Shown in pieces: positions 11,772 to 22,421 of a DNA stretch of 64,000 nt. The position numbers and the translations under genes were made by a program. The stretch is from Candidatus Bathyarchaeota archaeon (lineage in GTDB: Archaea; Thermoproteota; Bathyarchaeia; Bathyarchaeales; Bathycorpusculaceae). The notes below the pieces were generated by a model, which was not told the origin of the DNA, did not search any database, and worked only from the letters and a program-made list of their open reading frames with translations. The DNA lies in contig CAVZJV010000014.1 in assembly GCA_963775685.1 (NCBI GenBank), forward strand, positions 320,001 through 384,000, written 5' to 3'. Positions within the stretch are counted from its first letter, which is position 1. Each line of letters opens with the position of its first letter.

Positions 11772-12502
11772 GCAGGTTTCCCTTCCTTGATTACGCTTAT
11801 GCCCGGTGCGACAAATCTGGAACTGAGCTTTTCTCTGTTACGCAGAACAATCGTCAATGGACCAGTTGAAACCGCATCCAAAGCTTCTGATTCGTTGAGC
11901 CCAAACAAGTAAGCCAAAGCTGCCAAATCTCGTGGCCTCCGTAGCAAATTCTCCTCCCAAATACCGCTTGAAACGACAATGGGAACATGGAACTCTAATG
12001 CAAGGGCAACTTCACGACGCAAATTTGAAAGAAATCTAACTCGTGGTGGACCCTCCAAAGTTAGAATTGATTTTACGTCTACTTCTAATGCGGCTAAGCT
12101 ACAGCTTGCAAGTTCAGCCTCGGCGCGGTCAAAAAAACGTTTATGGTAGTCGAGACTGGGAAAATTAAGTAGGTCCACGCGTCTATCTTTGGCGGCTTGC
12201 CGGGCGATTTCTTTGGTGTCGCAAAAAATGCATATGATTTCGAATTGCCGCCGAAACTTGCGTAGAAAACGCATCAAATCTTCTTGGCTTTGAGGTTTAA
12301 AATCTGCACGCAAAACAAAATCTAACCCTGAATGTGCGCATATGGTTTTTAATGCTGCGACTTCGGCTTGTTGTAGGCCAACGGTGAATGGAACGCTGAT
12401 GTAGCGGTAACCAAATCTTGCTACTTTGTTGATTAGGTGCTGGGTGGTTTTTTGATCTTTTGGATTTATGCGCAGATGCAAATCTGCAAAGGCTCGAGTC
12501 AT
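11768..12502 (-). CDS. rnp3: RNase P protein component Rpp30
   Basis: FADLHL, RQAAKDRRVDLL, PIVVSSG..LRRPRDLAAL. Confidence 0.9.
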   Translation of the reverse strand: MTRAFADLHLRINPKDQKTTQHLINKVARFGYRYISVPFTVGLQQAEVAALKTICAHSGLDFVLRADFKPQSQEDLMRFLRKFRRQFEIICIFCDTKEIARQAAKDRRVDLLNFPSLDYHKRFFDRAEAELASCSLAALEVDVKSILTLEGPPRVRFLSNLRREVALALEFHVPIVVSSGIWEENLLRRPRDLAALAYLFGLNESEALDAVSTGPLTIVLRNREKLSSRFVAPGISVIKEGKPA

Positions 12503-12969
12503 GATAACAGCAACCCAGCTTGTTTTAAAAACTCCAATATTTCCTGTTGCGTTTTGTTTTTGAAGTGGATTTTTAAGTGGATAGGGTCATTTTGAGAAAA
12601 CCTAAGTGCTCCCAAGAATGCTGATTGCTTATCAAACCGCAAGTACAAGTTGACTTTTTCCAGATGCAGTTCAATGTTGCGACCAAGTTCTTCTTTATCC
12701 AATGATCCCAAACCTGAACCAATTTTTTCTAAAGCATTTGGTAGACTTTTTTTGTCTTCTAGTTTAGCGGTAAAAAGGATAATGGGGTTTCCGTGATGCC
12801 CCGTACAACTGGTTTTTTCGAAAACAAGGGGTTCCGCCAACTCCGTCGTAAGGATGTTGCGTACGGCGGTTTGGACTTTGGTAGGGTCTTCGGTTGCATG
12901 TGCGAAGACTCGTAGGTCTATGTAGGCGATTGGTAGTTTAGCTGACATCAGGCACCGATTTGTGTTCAC
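12499..12969 (-). CDS. RNA-binding protein (COG1325/DUF54, exosome superoperon)
   Basis: FAHATEDPTKV, GHHGNPI, LYLRFDKQSAF. Confidence 0.9.
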   Translation of the reverse strand: MNTNRCLMSAKLPIAYIDLRVFAHATEDPTKVQTAVRNILTTELAEPLVFEKTSCTGHHGNPIILFTAKLEDKKSLPNALEKIGSGLGSLDKEELGRNIELHLEKVNLYLRFDKQSAFLGALRFSQNDPIHLKIHFKNKTQQEILEFLKQAGLLLS

Positions 12970-12981
12970 CGGGGTTGGCTT

Positions 12982-13185
12982 TTAGCTTTTTGGTTTAGCG
13001 TGGGCTTTTATGCAATCCACGTTGGCTTGATGGGTGGATTTACGTTTAACGTCGATGCGTATGCCTAGTTTTTTGGCTTGCTGCTTGTTTACTCCTGCTT
13101 CTTTGAGTTCGTTTGGGCTAAAGCCTTTGCGTCCAGTGCTTTGCTTGCCGTTTTGTTTGGTTATGACTGGTTTTATGTGATGCAT
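12982..13185 (-). CDS. rpl13e: 50S ribosomal protein L13e (short archaeal form)
   Basis: GRKGFSPNELKEAGV..AKKLGIRIDVKRKS..NV. Confidence 0.9.
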   Translation of the reverse strand: MHHIKPVITKQNGKQSTGRKGFSPNELKEAGVNKQQAKKLGIRIDVKRKSTHQANVDCIKAHAKPKS

Positions 13186-13806
13186 TTATTTGCCTCCTTT
13201 TTGCTGTTTGTCGCCGTGGCGTCCTGTGTTGCCGAATTTATGGCTTGGGCGCAATTTTTCTGTTCCTCTGCCGCGATGGTGGAGTCCTCGGACGTTTTTG
13301 CCTGCGCTGGTCATGCTGCGGAAGACTCTGCTAGTATGCTGTGGTTCAGTTATCCAGCTGACATCTTTATCAGTTTTGATGGTTGGTGCGTTGGGGTCGA
13401 CAAGTATAACTTCGAACCATTTGTGTTTGCCGTCTTCGCCAACCCAGTAGCTGTTTAAAACTTCCAAGTTAGGGAATCGTTTGGCGGTTCGTTCCTCTGC
13501 GATTAATCGGATACTTTTTCCCGGTTTAAACTTGGCGACTCCCATGCGTTTGGGTCGTCGTCCTGATCGGGGACGTAGTTTTCTTAATCCGCCTCTGCGG
13601 ACTTTTGTTCGGGCAACTACGAAGCCTTGTTTGGCTTTGTAGCCTAGTTTTCGTGCGCGATCGAGTCTTGTAGGGTGCTCGATGCGCAGAACGGTTGGTT
13701 GTTTACGCCACTGCACTAAGCGTTGGCGCATGAGTTCTTCAACGAAGCTTTTTTCGGGCTGAGCCCATTCTTCGGCTATGTATTTGTATGCCATATCTTT
13801 TTTCAT
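13186..13806 (-). CDS. rpl15e: 50S ribosomal protein L15e
   Basis: [40 protein letters not shown]. Confidence 0.98.
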   Translation of the reverse strand: MKKDMAYKYIAEEWAQPEKSFVEELMRQRLVQWRKQPTVLRIEHPTRLDRARKLGYKAKQGFVVARTKVRRGGLRKLRPRSGRRPKRMGVAKFKPGKSIRLIAEERTAKRFPNLEVLNSYWVGEDGKHKWFEVILVDPNAPTIKTDKDVSWITEPQHTSRVFRSMTSAGKNVRGLHHRGRGTEKLRPSHKFGNTGRHGDKQQKGGK

Positions 13807-13825
13807 CCTATCTGTATTGTTTGCT

Positions 13826-13870
13826 TACGGTTCAGTCCCGGAGGACCACATCCCAACGGACTATGTTTGT
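13826..13870 (-). ncRNA. Putative eL15 ribosomal leader (cis-regulatory RNA)
   Basis: 5' UTR of rpl15e reads GUCCGUUGGGAUGUG-GUCC-UCCG-GGAC-UGAACC: GC-rich, with a UNCG-capped hairpin; resembles archaeal eL15 leaders (from memory). Confidence 0.6.
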
Positions 13871-13899
13871 CCGCCTGCAATTTCACATCATAGTGCCCT

Positions 13900-13922
13900 T
13901 GAATGAAATAAACCTTTTCTAT
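13900..13922 (-). promoter_or_regulatory. BRE/TATA promoter of the rpl15e operon
   Basis: Minus strand AGAAAAGG-TTTATTT upstream of the leader. Confidence 0.55.
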
Positions 13923-13945
13923 GATATTTCTAACATTTTCTAGCG

Positions 13946-15175
13946 CTATTTGGGTTTCCGGAACAGTCTAAAGCCCTCAATATCGCAAACGTATTCGAAG
14001 CCGGCTTCAACAAGTTTTACTGCTTCGTCGACTGAGGCTGCTGTTGCTGAGTAGTAACGGTCTGAATCAAAGTTTATCAAGTGAGTGTAGACAGTCGTTG
14101 TTAGGATGTTCTTGTGGCCTAATCTTTCCTGGACGTGTAGAAGCGATTTTGTTTTATGATACTCGTTTGTTGCAAACCAATGTCGAAAGGTATGGAAGGT
14201 AATTCGGTTGAGGTTGGGATTCTGCATTTTAGCCGCTACTCTTCGTCTAAGCGCTCTAAAGGAACTGCTGAAGTGCATCAGGCCGAATGGGTTTGGCGGT
14301 TCACTTTGAAAGATGTAATTCTTCGATATTTTGGGCAATGAATTGATGGTTGCAGTTAACTTGGCGCTTACTTTAAACATCCTGGGCGTTCCATGCTTTA
14401 GAGTCTCGTTAAGGGTGATTGCGTTTCTTTCAAAGTCTATGTCTTTCCACTGGAGAAACCAGGCTTCGCTAGAGCGCATTCCTGTTTCCTTCAAGATTAG
14501 CAGGTAGGCTGATTGTTTGCTGTAGGCCGCGTTGATTAAGCAATCTATTTCTTTCTCGGTTGGAACGTAGGGTATTTTTCGTTCAACCTGGTATCTTGGG
14601 GCTTTCCAGGTTCCGCCTACAATGCTTAGGTATTTGCTGTAGGATGCAACGGCTAAGGCTCTGGTTGCTTGGCTCCATTTTTTCTTAAAGATTGTTGCCT
14701 TTACTGATTCAGGATCCAGCAGGTTGGCGCCGGCGCTCTCTAATCTTTCCAGGTAACGAACATACAGTTTGGCTGAGTTTTCGTGTCTTCCATCGTTTTC
14801 TAAGGCACTTAGGAACTTTATGAATCGTCCTCTGCTTTGCTGAGTTATCTCTTTATCTCCCGCAACAGTTTTGATTTCTGTTGTGGAATCCAAGTTTTTC
14901 GTCTCCTCGACGCATATTTGGCGATTATAAGGTAAGGCTACTACAGTATTTAATGACGATGACGAATTTTTTGGTAATGGTTGCCCCGAGAAACGGAATC
15001 CACAAGATCGGCAAACCCAACGCTGAATTACATCACCCTTGTGATAACGAAGGCCATTACGCCAAATTTTGGCGGATCCGCAGCTGGGGCAGTTGGGAAT
15101 TTGCGAGCTGGCGCCGGCGGATATGCTGCCATCCGATTTACCTATATTAGTACTGCGACTGAGAGCCTCAACCAT
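13946..15175 (-). CDS. Tyrosine recombinase/integrase with N-terminal Zn ribbon
   Basis: TGMRSSE (R), LKHG (K), HTFRH, LGH, TVY; N-terminal CPSCGS..CRSCG; C-terminal LVEAGFEYVC..FRKPK tail. Confidence 0.95.
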   Translation of the reverse strand: MVEALSRSTNIGKSDGSISAGASSQIPNCPSCGSAKIWRNGLRYHKGDVIQRWVCRSCGFRFSGQPLPKNSSSSLNTVVALPYNRQICVEETKNLDSTTEIKTVAGDKEITQQSRGRFIKFLSALENDGRHENSAKLYVRYLERLESAGANLLDPESVKATIFKKKWSQATRALAVASYSKYLSIVGGTWKAPRYQVERKIPYVPTEKEIDCLINAAYSKQSAYLLILKETGMRSSEAWFLQWKDIDFERNAITLNETLKHGTPRMFKVSAKLTATINSLPKISKNYIFQSEPPNPFGLMHFSSSFRALRRRVAAKMQNPNLNRITFHTFRHWFATNEYHKTKSLLHVQERLGHKNILTTTVYTHLINFDSDRYYSATAASVDEAVKLVEAGFEYVCDIEGFRLFRKPK

Positions 15176-15178
15176 ACC

Positions 15179-15508
15179 TCAAGAAAACCTCCAGGTGCCT
15201 CTTTTCTCGTAAAATCTCGTAAATTTCTTTAAGTAACGATTCAACAGTTGCAGGGGTGCCTCTTTTATGCAAAAATGTGCAAAATTCTTCAAGTTACGAT
15301 TCTCGTAAGTGATAGGGTACCCTTGTTTCTGACAAAAACTGACAATTTCTAGGAAAGACAGTTTATAGTGACTATTGTCTTGATTTTGCTGAATCTTTCT
15401 TTTAAGCCGAAAGTAAGCTACTCGGTGTCGAGTGCTGCAGAATAAGGCCTTAGGGTTTTTGGGGGTGAAGGCCTGTTTGCAGAAACAACAACGTCTTTCT
15501 TGAATCAC
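15179..15508 (-). CDS. Zn-finger hypothetical protein (excisionase/regulator candidate)
   Basis: CCFCKQAF..FCSTRHRVAYFR; immediately upstream of the integrase. Confidence 0.6.
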   Translation of the reverse strand: MIQERRCCFCKQAFTPKNPKALFCSTRHRVAYFRLKRKIQQNQDNSHYKLSFLEIVSFCQKQGYPITYENRNLKNFAHFCIKEAPLQLLNRYLKKFTRFYEKRGTWRFS

Positions 15509-17050
15509 CTAAGAAACCTCCTTGAAGCCAGAACAACCAAGGGGTTTTTCGGTTGTTTCGTTTACTTTACAGTAAAAAGGACATGGTACTCTCTGGTAGT
15601 TCTCGCATACTTCAATACAATAATATGTGTGTGAAGGGGCGGGGTACACTTTTTCTTGATCGGGACTATTTTTATTTACTACCCCCACCTGCTCACACAC
15701 ATATCTCATAATTCTTTTATCAGAAGGATCGGGTTGTTCAATGATTAACCCAGCCGTTTCTAAGGTATCTATAAACGCTTTTGCTTTTTCTCGACCTATA
15801 AATTTGCGGAAAGCCTGGAAGTACATTGTTTGAAAGTCTTTTCGGGTGAACCCTTCAGAGTTTTCTTGCATTTTAGTTTTGAATGAGTTAAAAACTGTGT
15901 AGACTTCTGGGGGAATGCCTAACTCGTTTGCCTCTGCAACTGTGTTATAATATTTGAAGCCTATTTCAACGTCTCTAAGTTGTACTGTTAGGGCTGTTAT
16001 TGGATCTGTTTCAAGAGTGCCTGTTTTATCCTTGTAAAATTCGGAGTGCCAGTTGCGATTATAGAAATTTAGCAGAGTATACCCTTTTATGATGTTTACT
16101 AATCTGCCAATGTCGCGTTGGTTTCTTGCTTGAAGTATTGGGTGGCTTTCGATAAATTTATCGTAAATTAGAGATTGAAGTTCTTCAGGAACCACAATTT
16201 GATTAATTTTTGCCTTCCTTATGTTGTCAATTCGGGCTGCTAACTTTGTTCTTTCACTATTTTTAGATATTTCTCTTTTGTATGAATACCGGTTGCCATC
16301 TTTGTGGATTTTTAAAGCAATTGTCTCTCTTAATTTGTCCTGAGTGACTTCAGGGCTGAGAAGTAGTAACCTAGTCTTTTCTTGTTCATCTTGCTTGTAG
16401 TTTGCAGAGCAAAAAACGACGGTTGGGTAGCCTTCTATGACAATATTCTCTGAGCGGTTACCGGATTTCTCGCTTCTGTTAGTGATTTTCATTGTTATCT
16501 GTTTTTGGTCGTGGCTTAGAAGTGGCCGTAAATTCTCCAAGAGTTTGGCATGTGGTTGATCTAAGAAAATTATGATTTTTTGATGTAAGTTAATATAGCG
16601 AATTTTGCGCTTTTTCTCGGGTTCTAAATCTCTTTTGTCTTCTGGATCGGGTAATAATGTCCCGTATTCATGGAAAAAAGCTGTTGGGCTGCAATATCCG
16701 ACTATCATTAAATCTAATTGTGGAAAATAGCCCGTACCTATTTCGATTGGCAGATAGCTTTTTCCTGTTGAACTTCCAGCTAAAAACCCTAGGTTTGCCT
16801 GGTCCTCGTCTGTATAGTTGCATAGTAAATTAAGAAAAGTGATAACTTTGTTTGTGTTATCATGCTTGACTGTTGAACCTAAAATCTGGATTATTTCCTC
16901 GTCTGTTATCTCCTTTTGATCTGTTAGAAGTTTCATTGTTTTATAGAAATCTTGGCGCACTTCGTTGTTTTTGCATTTGTCGCATAAATTGCCTTTCTGG
17001 GTAATATCGTCTAGATCTTGAATTTCTTCATTGCAGCTTACGCATTTCAT
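15509..17050 (-). CDS. MGE P-loop (AAA+/MCM-like) replication ATPase with C-terminal wHTH
   Basis: Walker A GSSTGKS, Walker B IIIFLDQ, RNQRD arginine motif, Cys clusters at both ends. Confidence 0.7.
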   Translation of the reverse strand: MKCVSCNEEIQDLDDITQKGNLCDKCKNNEVRQDFYKTMKLLTDQKEITDEEIIQILGSTVKHDNTNKVITFLNLLCNYTDEDQANLGFLAGSSTGKSYLPIEIGTGYFPQLDLMIVGYCSPTAFFHEYGTLLPDPEDKRDLEPEKKRKIRYINLHQKIIIFLDQPHAKLLENLRPLLSHDQKQITMKITNRSEKSGNRSENIVIEGYPTVVFCSANYKQDEQEKTRLLLLSPEVTQDKLRETIALKIHKDGNRYSYKREISKNSERTKLAARIDNIRKAKINQIVVPEELQSLIYDKFIESHPILQARNQRDIGRLVNIIKGYTLLNFYNRNWHSEFYKDKTGTLETDPITALTVQLRDVEIGFKYYNTVAEANELGIPPEVYTVFNSFKTKMQENSEGFTRKDFQTMYFQAFRKFIGREKAKAFIDTLETAGLIIEQPDPSDKRIMRYVCEQVGVVNKNSPDQEKVYPAPSHTYYCIEVCENYQRVPCPFYCKVNETTEKPLGCSGFKEVS

Positions 17051-17063
17051 GGCTGGGCGGTTC

Positions 17064-17282
17064 CTAGAAATTTAGTAGTTCCGGAGTTGAAGATTGGGTG
17101 TTTTGGTTAAACTTGCAGATGTCTGCCTGGGAAATCTTCTTTTGTAGAAGGGCTGAAAGTGCTTTCCTGCTAACTAATCCGATGAAAACACGTTGTCCCT
17201 TGTCGTCCAGAGCATAGACATGGAAGCTTCGCCCTGAGTGGCTGGACTTTAAAAGTCCGGTTAAATAGAAGCGATTTGACAT
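17064..17282 (-). CDS. Small hypothetical protein of element 1
   Basis: 72-aa ORF with AAGGTGA RBS, co-oriented in the operon. Confidence 0.6.
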   Translation of the reverse strand: MSNRFYLTGLLKSSHSGRSFHVYALDDKGQRVFIGLVSRKALSALLQKKISQADICKFNQNTQSSTPELLNF

Positions 17283-17400
17283 GGCTCTTCACCTTTTTTG
17301 GGGCTGCTGCAGGCTTTGTTTGAGGCCGATACTGAAAGTTCCCTTAAGACATCTGCCCACCCCGGCCTCACAGTCGACGCATTTCTCTCGGTCGTCCTGG

Positions 17401-17589
17401 CTACTCAAAAGAAGCCTCCGGAGCCACTTTTTTCTCTATAAGCGGCTTGATTATAATCAAGCCGTCAATGTCCATTAGTACTGCTTTCAGTTTTTGGCCG
17501 GTTTCCTTTTCAATCAGATTTATCCATGAGGCTGGCAAAGTGACGCCGCGAGAGCCCCCGTGACCTGTAATCTTTCTTACAATTGGCAT
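17401..17589 (-). CDS. AbrB/MazE/SpoVT-family DNA-binding protein
   Basis: RKITGHGGSRGVTLPASW..IIIKP. Confidence 0.85.
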   Translation of the reverse strand: MPIVRKITGHGGSRGVTLPASWINLIEKETGQKLKAVLMDIDGLIIIKPLIEKKVAPEASFE

Positions 17590-17654
17590 GGTTACTAAAG
17601 AGATATTAAATACATATTAGCTATCAAGTTGTAAGTAACTTCAAGTGTACCTAC

Positions 17655-18527
17655 ATGCAAGTGCAGAGCAATAAAATTAAAAACAATCTACAGCTAGATA
17701 TCTTACTAACTTTGATGGAAGCGCCAAATTATCGACTTCAAAGTAACCAGATTATGAAAACCTTACGTGATAAGTATATTCCGAAACCATATTGTGACGG
17801 TGCTTTTGATGTGGCTTTTTCGAGAGCAAAAAAAGCATTAGTCTCAGAAGGATTCCTTCATAGAGAAAATCGCGGCCACCAACAAATCTTCTATAATCTC
17901 ACTAAAAAAGGCCAAAAAGAATGTGTGAGTGGCAGTTTAGAAGCCGTTCAACAGAGTATTAAGAATCTTGAGCAGCTTATGTCTATATTTCTTTCTAATC
18001 CAGCTCGCCTTGAAGAATGGTTCCAAACAGGAGAAGACATATTTTATAAAGAGACTGTTGGGGCGGCTCAGAATAAGCCTGAAACTTTTTCTAAAGATTT
18101 TCGTGGGGCTTATTCCAAATACATAGCTAGAGGTGTGGAAATTTGGAGACCTATTTTTAATTCTATGTTTAAATTACATGAAATATTGGTCAAGTTTAGA
18201 GCTCAACTAAAAGAAACTCAAACCAATGAATGCAGTCAATTTGTCACAGTAATCGACCGCAATAATAATGAGCCATTAATAATACCCTCAAGACTGCTAG
18301 AAGGAATTGATTTTAAGGAGCTTAACATTATTGGCTACGACAAATTCCCAGAGGACAGAAGAATCCAGTGGATCGGGCAAGATCCTAAAATTTTGCAACA
18401 GAAAAATGCTTACTACGTACCTCCGGTCTCGACTTCAATGATCTCATTAAAAAATGTTTACCAAGAGCATTGGCTTCGAACACAAGAAGAGAAGTTAACC
18501 AAAGAGGAGTTAACTGAGGAAAAATAG
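17655..18527 (+). CDS. wHTH transcriptional regulator (repressor candidate)
   Basis: N-terminal wHTH (FSRAKKALVSEGFLHR..YNLTKKG); divergent from AbrB. Confidence 0.65.
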   Translation: MQVQSNKIKNNLQLDILLTLMEAPNYRLQSNQIMKTLRDKYIPKPYCDGAFDVAFSRAKKALVSEGFLHRENRGHQQIFYNLTKKGQKECVSGSLEAVQQSIKNLEQLMSIFLSNPARLEEWFQTGEDIFYKETVGAAQNKPETFSKDFRGAYSKYIARGVEIWRPIFNSMFKLHEILVKFRAQLKETQTNECSQFVTVIDRNNNEPLIIPSRLLEGIDFKELNIIGYDKFPEDRRIQWIGQDPKILQQKNAYYVPPVSTSMISLKNVYQEHWLRTQEEKLTKEELTEEK

Positions 18528-18695
18528 AGTTGTTGGAACGCGCCATAAAGATATTGGCCGGGCCCTGGAGGTTACAGTTGACTCAGTAGAGCTTACTTAG
18601 CGGAATTCAATTATAAAATTTAGCGCCAGATTTCCTTAAAACATTTACTCAGCGAATTGCACAGTAACATCAGCAACTGATAGCGTAAGCAGTTC

Positions 18696-19055
18696 TTGAT
18701 ATTTTCGCATCAAGTAAAATCCATTTGTCGTTGTAGAGTAGAATTTTTGTTCTCGCAGACGCTATCTTCTCTGGGGTTTGATGTGCAGCTGCTGGGAAGC
18801 CAACATTACGTTAAACAAAAGCTGGATACTTTGGATACTAAGCAACTATGTAGTGTTCGCGAGGTTTTGCTTAAGAATCCGCAGCCACGCCTGAAAAAAG
18901 AAGTGACATCTAGTAGACATATGCCTTATGGAATAACTGCAGATTATGTTAAATACGTTGAAGCTGCTGACTCTGAGAAATTAGCCAAATTAATTAAGAC
19001 TGTTGCGCTGCTACTTCAAACGAAGGTTTACCTGTTTTGGAAGAAAATTAGTTGA
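18696..19055 (+). CDS. Hypothetical protein
   Basis: 119-aa ORF; start uncertain. Confidence 0.4.
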   Translation: MIFSHQVKSICRCRVEFLFSQTLSSLGFDVQLLGSQHYVKQKLDTLDTKQLCSVREVLLKNPQPRLKKEVTSSRHMPYGITADYVKYVEAADSEKLAKLIKTVALLLQTKVYLFWKKIS

Positions 19056-19573
19056 GTTTTAATGTTGCAGCCGCAGGTCCACATCCTAGCGGGTCGCCCC
19101 CCCCCAAAAAACGAATTTATCCTGCAAACAACAAATCTGCCTTTTCTTTTTTCTATTCAACGGCTATTTTTTTTTGAAGTTAAGAATTCAGAATTGGCTT
19201 TTGTCGTTATGATATTTTTCGGTATTCCTTCATTTTAATAAGAAACATCAAAAGAAAAGACAGAACAGCAGCCTTCAAAGAAGCATCTTGCCCAGCATAA
19301 ATGTAAGCGGAAATACCGTTATACCGCTACTATAAAGCTATCGAGCATTTGATCGCACAAAATACTAATCTCTGGCTTGTTCCTAGAGGAATATGCAGAG
19401 TTTAAGAACGCGCATTATCTTCTTCAATCTGCCGTTTAAAAGCCTACTCAATCGCTTCTCAGCGTTAATACCTTTTAGTTTTTTCGATTCCGTCCCACTT
19501 CTTTGTTCTGACGTGATTATTTTGGTTTCATTGAATTTTTACTCTACGATTTAGTAGATGGATATATTAGTTA

Positions 19574-19659
19574 TCGCTGTCTTTGGTTTTAAGGCCAGTA
19601 GAACGGTTATGGTAAGTGGGTAACCGAATGACGGTAATTGGGAGGTAACTGAAAGTGAA
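19574..19659 (+). repeat. Direct repeat copy A (~85 bp)
   Basis: ttttaaggccagtagaacggttatggtaagtgggtaacc..ggtaa(t/c)tggga..taactgaaagtgaa, nearly identical to 23939-24023. Confidence 0.95.
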
Positions 19660-19818
19660 GTGTTCATTCGCTTGCTAAATGGTACTTTGACTATTTTCCT
19701 TACAAAAGAAGCAGAGGAGTTCAAGTCAAGTATTCTTTACTACACTCAGTCAAGAAATCTTAACGGAAAGCATTAAAATGACTGTCTTATAAAGTAATTT
19801 CAAGGTTGAAAAAAAACA

Positions 19819-21053
19819 ATGAAGAAATTAACGCCCTTATTAATAGCCATTATTCTGACTGGAATCGTGATTGGCAGCATCCGTCTAGAAATTTGTTCAG
19901 ACATCCACACCAGTCAACGGCATAATCACTCAAAATACCACATGGACAAAAACAAACAACCCTTATATTCTTACAGGTCCAGTGCTTGTTAGCCATAATA
20001 CGACCTTAACAATTGAGCATGGCGTCATAGTAAACCTCAATAGTTATTACATCCAAGTGGATGGAACAATACAAGCAATGGGAGCTAACGATGATCCAAT
20101 TTATTTTAATGGAAATAACCAATTCCCAGATTATGGCATCGTTTTCACATCATTAAGTAACGATTGGAATGAGACAACGAATGCAGGTTCAATAATAGAA
20201 AATTCCGTTCTTAACATAATCGCGATAGAAATAAATGGTACATCTCCAAAAATTGATAGAAATTCAATCAATGGGTACATAAACGCACATGTAACTGCAT
20301 CACCGATTATAACGAATAACGTTATCTTTGCTGGAAAAAATTATCAAACAGCAATAACGGGCGGGTTTTCATCGTTAATTTCGAATAACACCATAAAAAG
20401 CAATCATAATATAGCAATATTGGCTTATGATTCATTCGACAATTTCAAATAATACTATAGAAGGAAGTAGGCAGAAGGGAATTAACGCTCATGCAAGCAC
20501 CTTATACAATAAGAAGATTTACAATTGCTCGGTATGGGGTATTTCGTCTGATTCAGGAGTAATCCGAAATAATATTGTCGCCGATTCTAACCAGGCTATA
20601 GTTACTTCAGGGTTTGATAACATTTTTAATAATACCCTTAGAAACAATTCAATTGCAGTTTATGCATACAATTTTCCTTCTACCATTACCTATAACAACA
20701 TAGAAAACAGTACTCAATACTTTATCAAACTTGATACTACTGAAAAGTATATGGTAAATGCAACATATAATTGGTGGGGAACAACAGATCAACAAGCAAT
20801 AAACCAGTCGATATACGATTCTAAATATGACTTTAACTTGGGCACAGTGAGTTTCATTCCTTTTTTAACTTCGGCTAACCTTCAAGCAATGCCTGACATA
20901 AACGCTCCAACTCCAACACCAAACCCGTCATTTTCTCCATCACCTGCTCCATCCGTTCCAGAGTTTTCATCTGTCATCATAATAGTTACAATAATCATGC
21001 TTGATAGCGGCAATAACAACAATAGTACTCACGAAGGAGATTGTTTATTTTAA
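19819..21053 (+). CDS. Right-handed beta-helix (NosD/pectin-lyase-like) surface protein with PEF-type sorting signal; frameshifted
   Basis: WTKTNNPYILTG start, I(S/T)NN repeats, NATYNWWG, Pro-rich linker, VPEF plus hydrophobic tail; split over at least 3 frames. Confidence 0.75.
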
Positions 21054-21279
21054 CAAAAATCCTAAAAAATATAGAAGGGTCAAGCAAGTTTTTTAGGACT
21101 TGCTTTTATTCTTTTTAGTTTTGCTTTTACAAGTCAGCGTTCTCATCTGTCATTATCGTCTTTATGACAGTATTTAAGTTGTGATCATCATATCATTGAT
21201 ACGGATGTTCAACATTCCGACTTGTTGGGTTGTTGGGGAAAAATCTTTTTGATTCATTAGACACGATTTTCACGCCTCA

Positions 21280-22421
21280 GGTTCATTTTTCCTTTAGATA
21301 ACTTAGTTCTGATTTAAGATCAGCGATTTGCTATCTTTAAGCTATCAATTTCTTGTAGGAACTTCTGTTGTATGCTTAGATCCCAACCAATAGATGCACC
21401 CAAAGAGAAGAATCCTTTTTCATCTTGAAGGAATTTCAAGTGAATTTGGGTCATAAATTGGTGACCGTTTTTATCGACCTTTGTTTTTATACGCTCTCAA
21501 GCGATGCAAAGTCATCAATGGAATCAAAGTGTTATGAGGCTTCCGTTGTAAGTGCAAATCTCCAAACAATCTTTATCATCGCCATTCATGGATGAAATTC
21601 ATGCGTAGTATCCTTGAATACCGTTCAGTCGGATTATTAGGATCAGGGTCTAAATACACCATTTCTATCAGTGGGTAACAACTCCTGTGGTCATCGTAAA
21701 GGTTAAAAGCGTGCACAGTCCCTTTGAATTCCATGCCTAACATTAAATCAGGATCAGAAACGTTGTTAAATCGTATGCTACCAAGATCATCCCAATCATT
21801 GGTACTGCTAGGAGTATTCCAGATTATCCGAGAGTAACCGTCTATTGTTATGTTACCTACATTCAAATTTCCTGGTGTAACGCGATTTGCTTTCACTATA
21901 TGCAATGTATCAAAGAAACCGGAAAATTTACTAATGTCGCCTAAACTCGACCCAAGTATTATGTGGTTCATCCCGGTATTGTCATGCCATTCACGTAACG
22001 TATTGTCTGTTGTGAGATAGAAGAGTTGGCCTTTGACGTGAGTTTTGAGGATAGGAATCACCTTGATCAAGATTAGCGGGGATTATTGGACTATCAGAGA
22101 AGTAACAACCAGATCTTGGGCGGATCGATCATACTATTTAAGGCCATAACCGAGTGCTAAAGCACCTTGATTTGAGCTGAGAAACCCACCTGCTGTTATG
22201 TCTTTTTTAATTATTAAGCCTCGGTCGATCGCTATGAGTGGTTCATTATAATTATCTGTACTACGGATAGCGAACAAATTGGCAGTATATTCCGTTGAAT
22301 CGGTGAATCGAATATAGTTTGTCCCTAATTTTCCATCGTTTTGGAATGATCGATTTACAGGTTGCCAAAGACCCTTATTATCGAAACCAAATAGATAGTA
22401 TAGAATGTCATCTTTGCTCAT
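21280..22421 (-). pseudogene. Tail-fibre-like protein, fragmented (ORFs 22134-22421, 21576-22070 and C-terminal remnant)
   Basis: GGFLSSNQGALALGYG, GNLNVGNITI; remnant FDSIDD..GFFSLGASIGWDLSIQQKFLQEIDSLK resembles the chaperone/coiled-coil end of fibres. Confidence 0.5.

Noticed and set aside
13078-13458. Antisense/overlapping ORFs within rpl15e, alaS, pyrG, tiaS and the kinases
   Set aside because: Shadow ORFs of well-supported genes.
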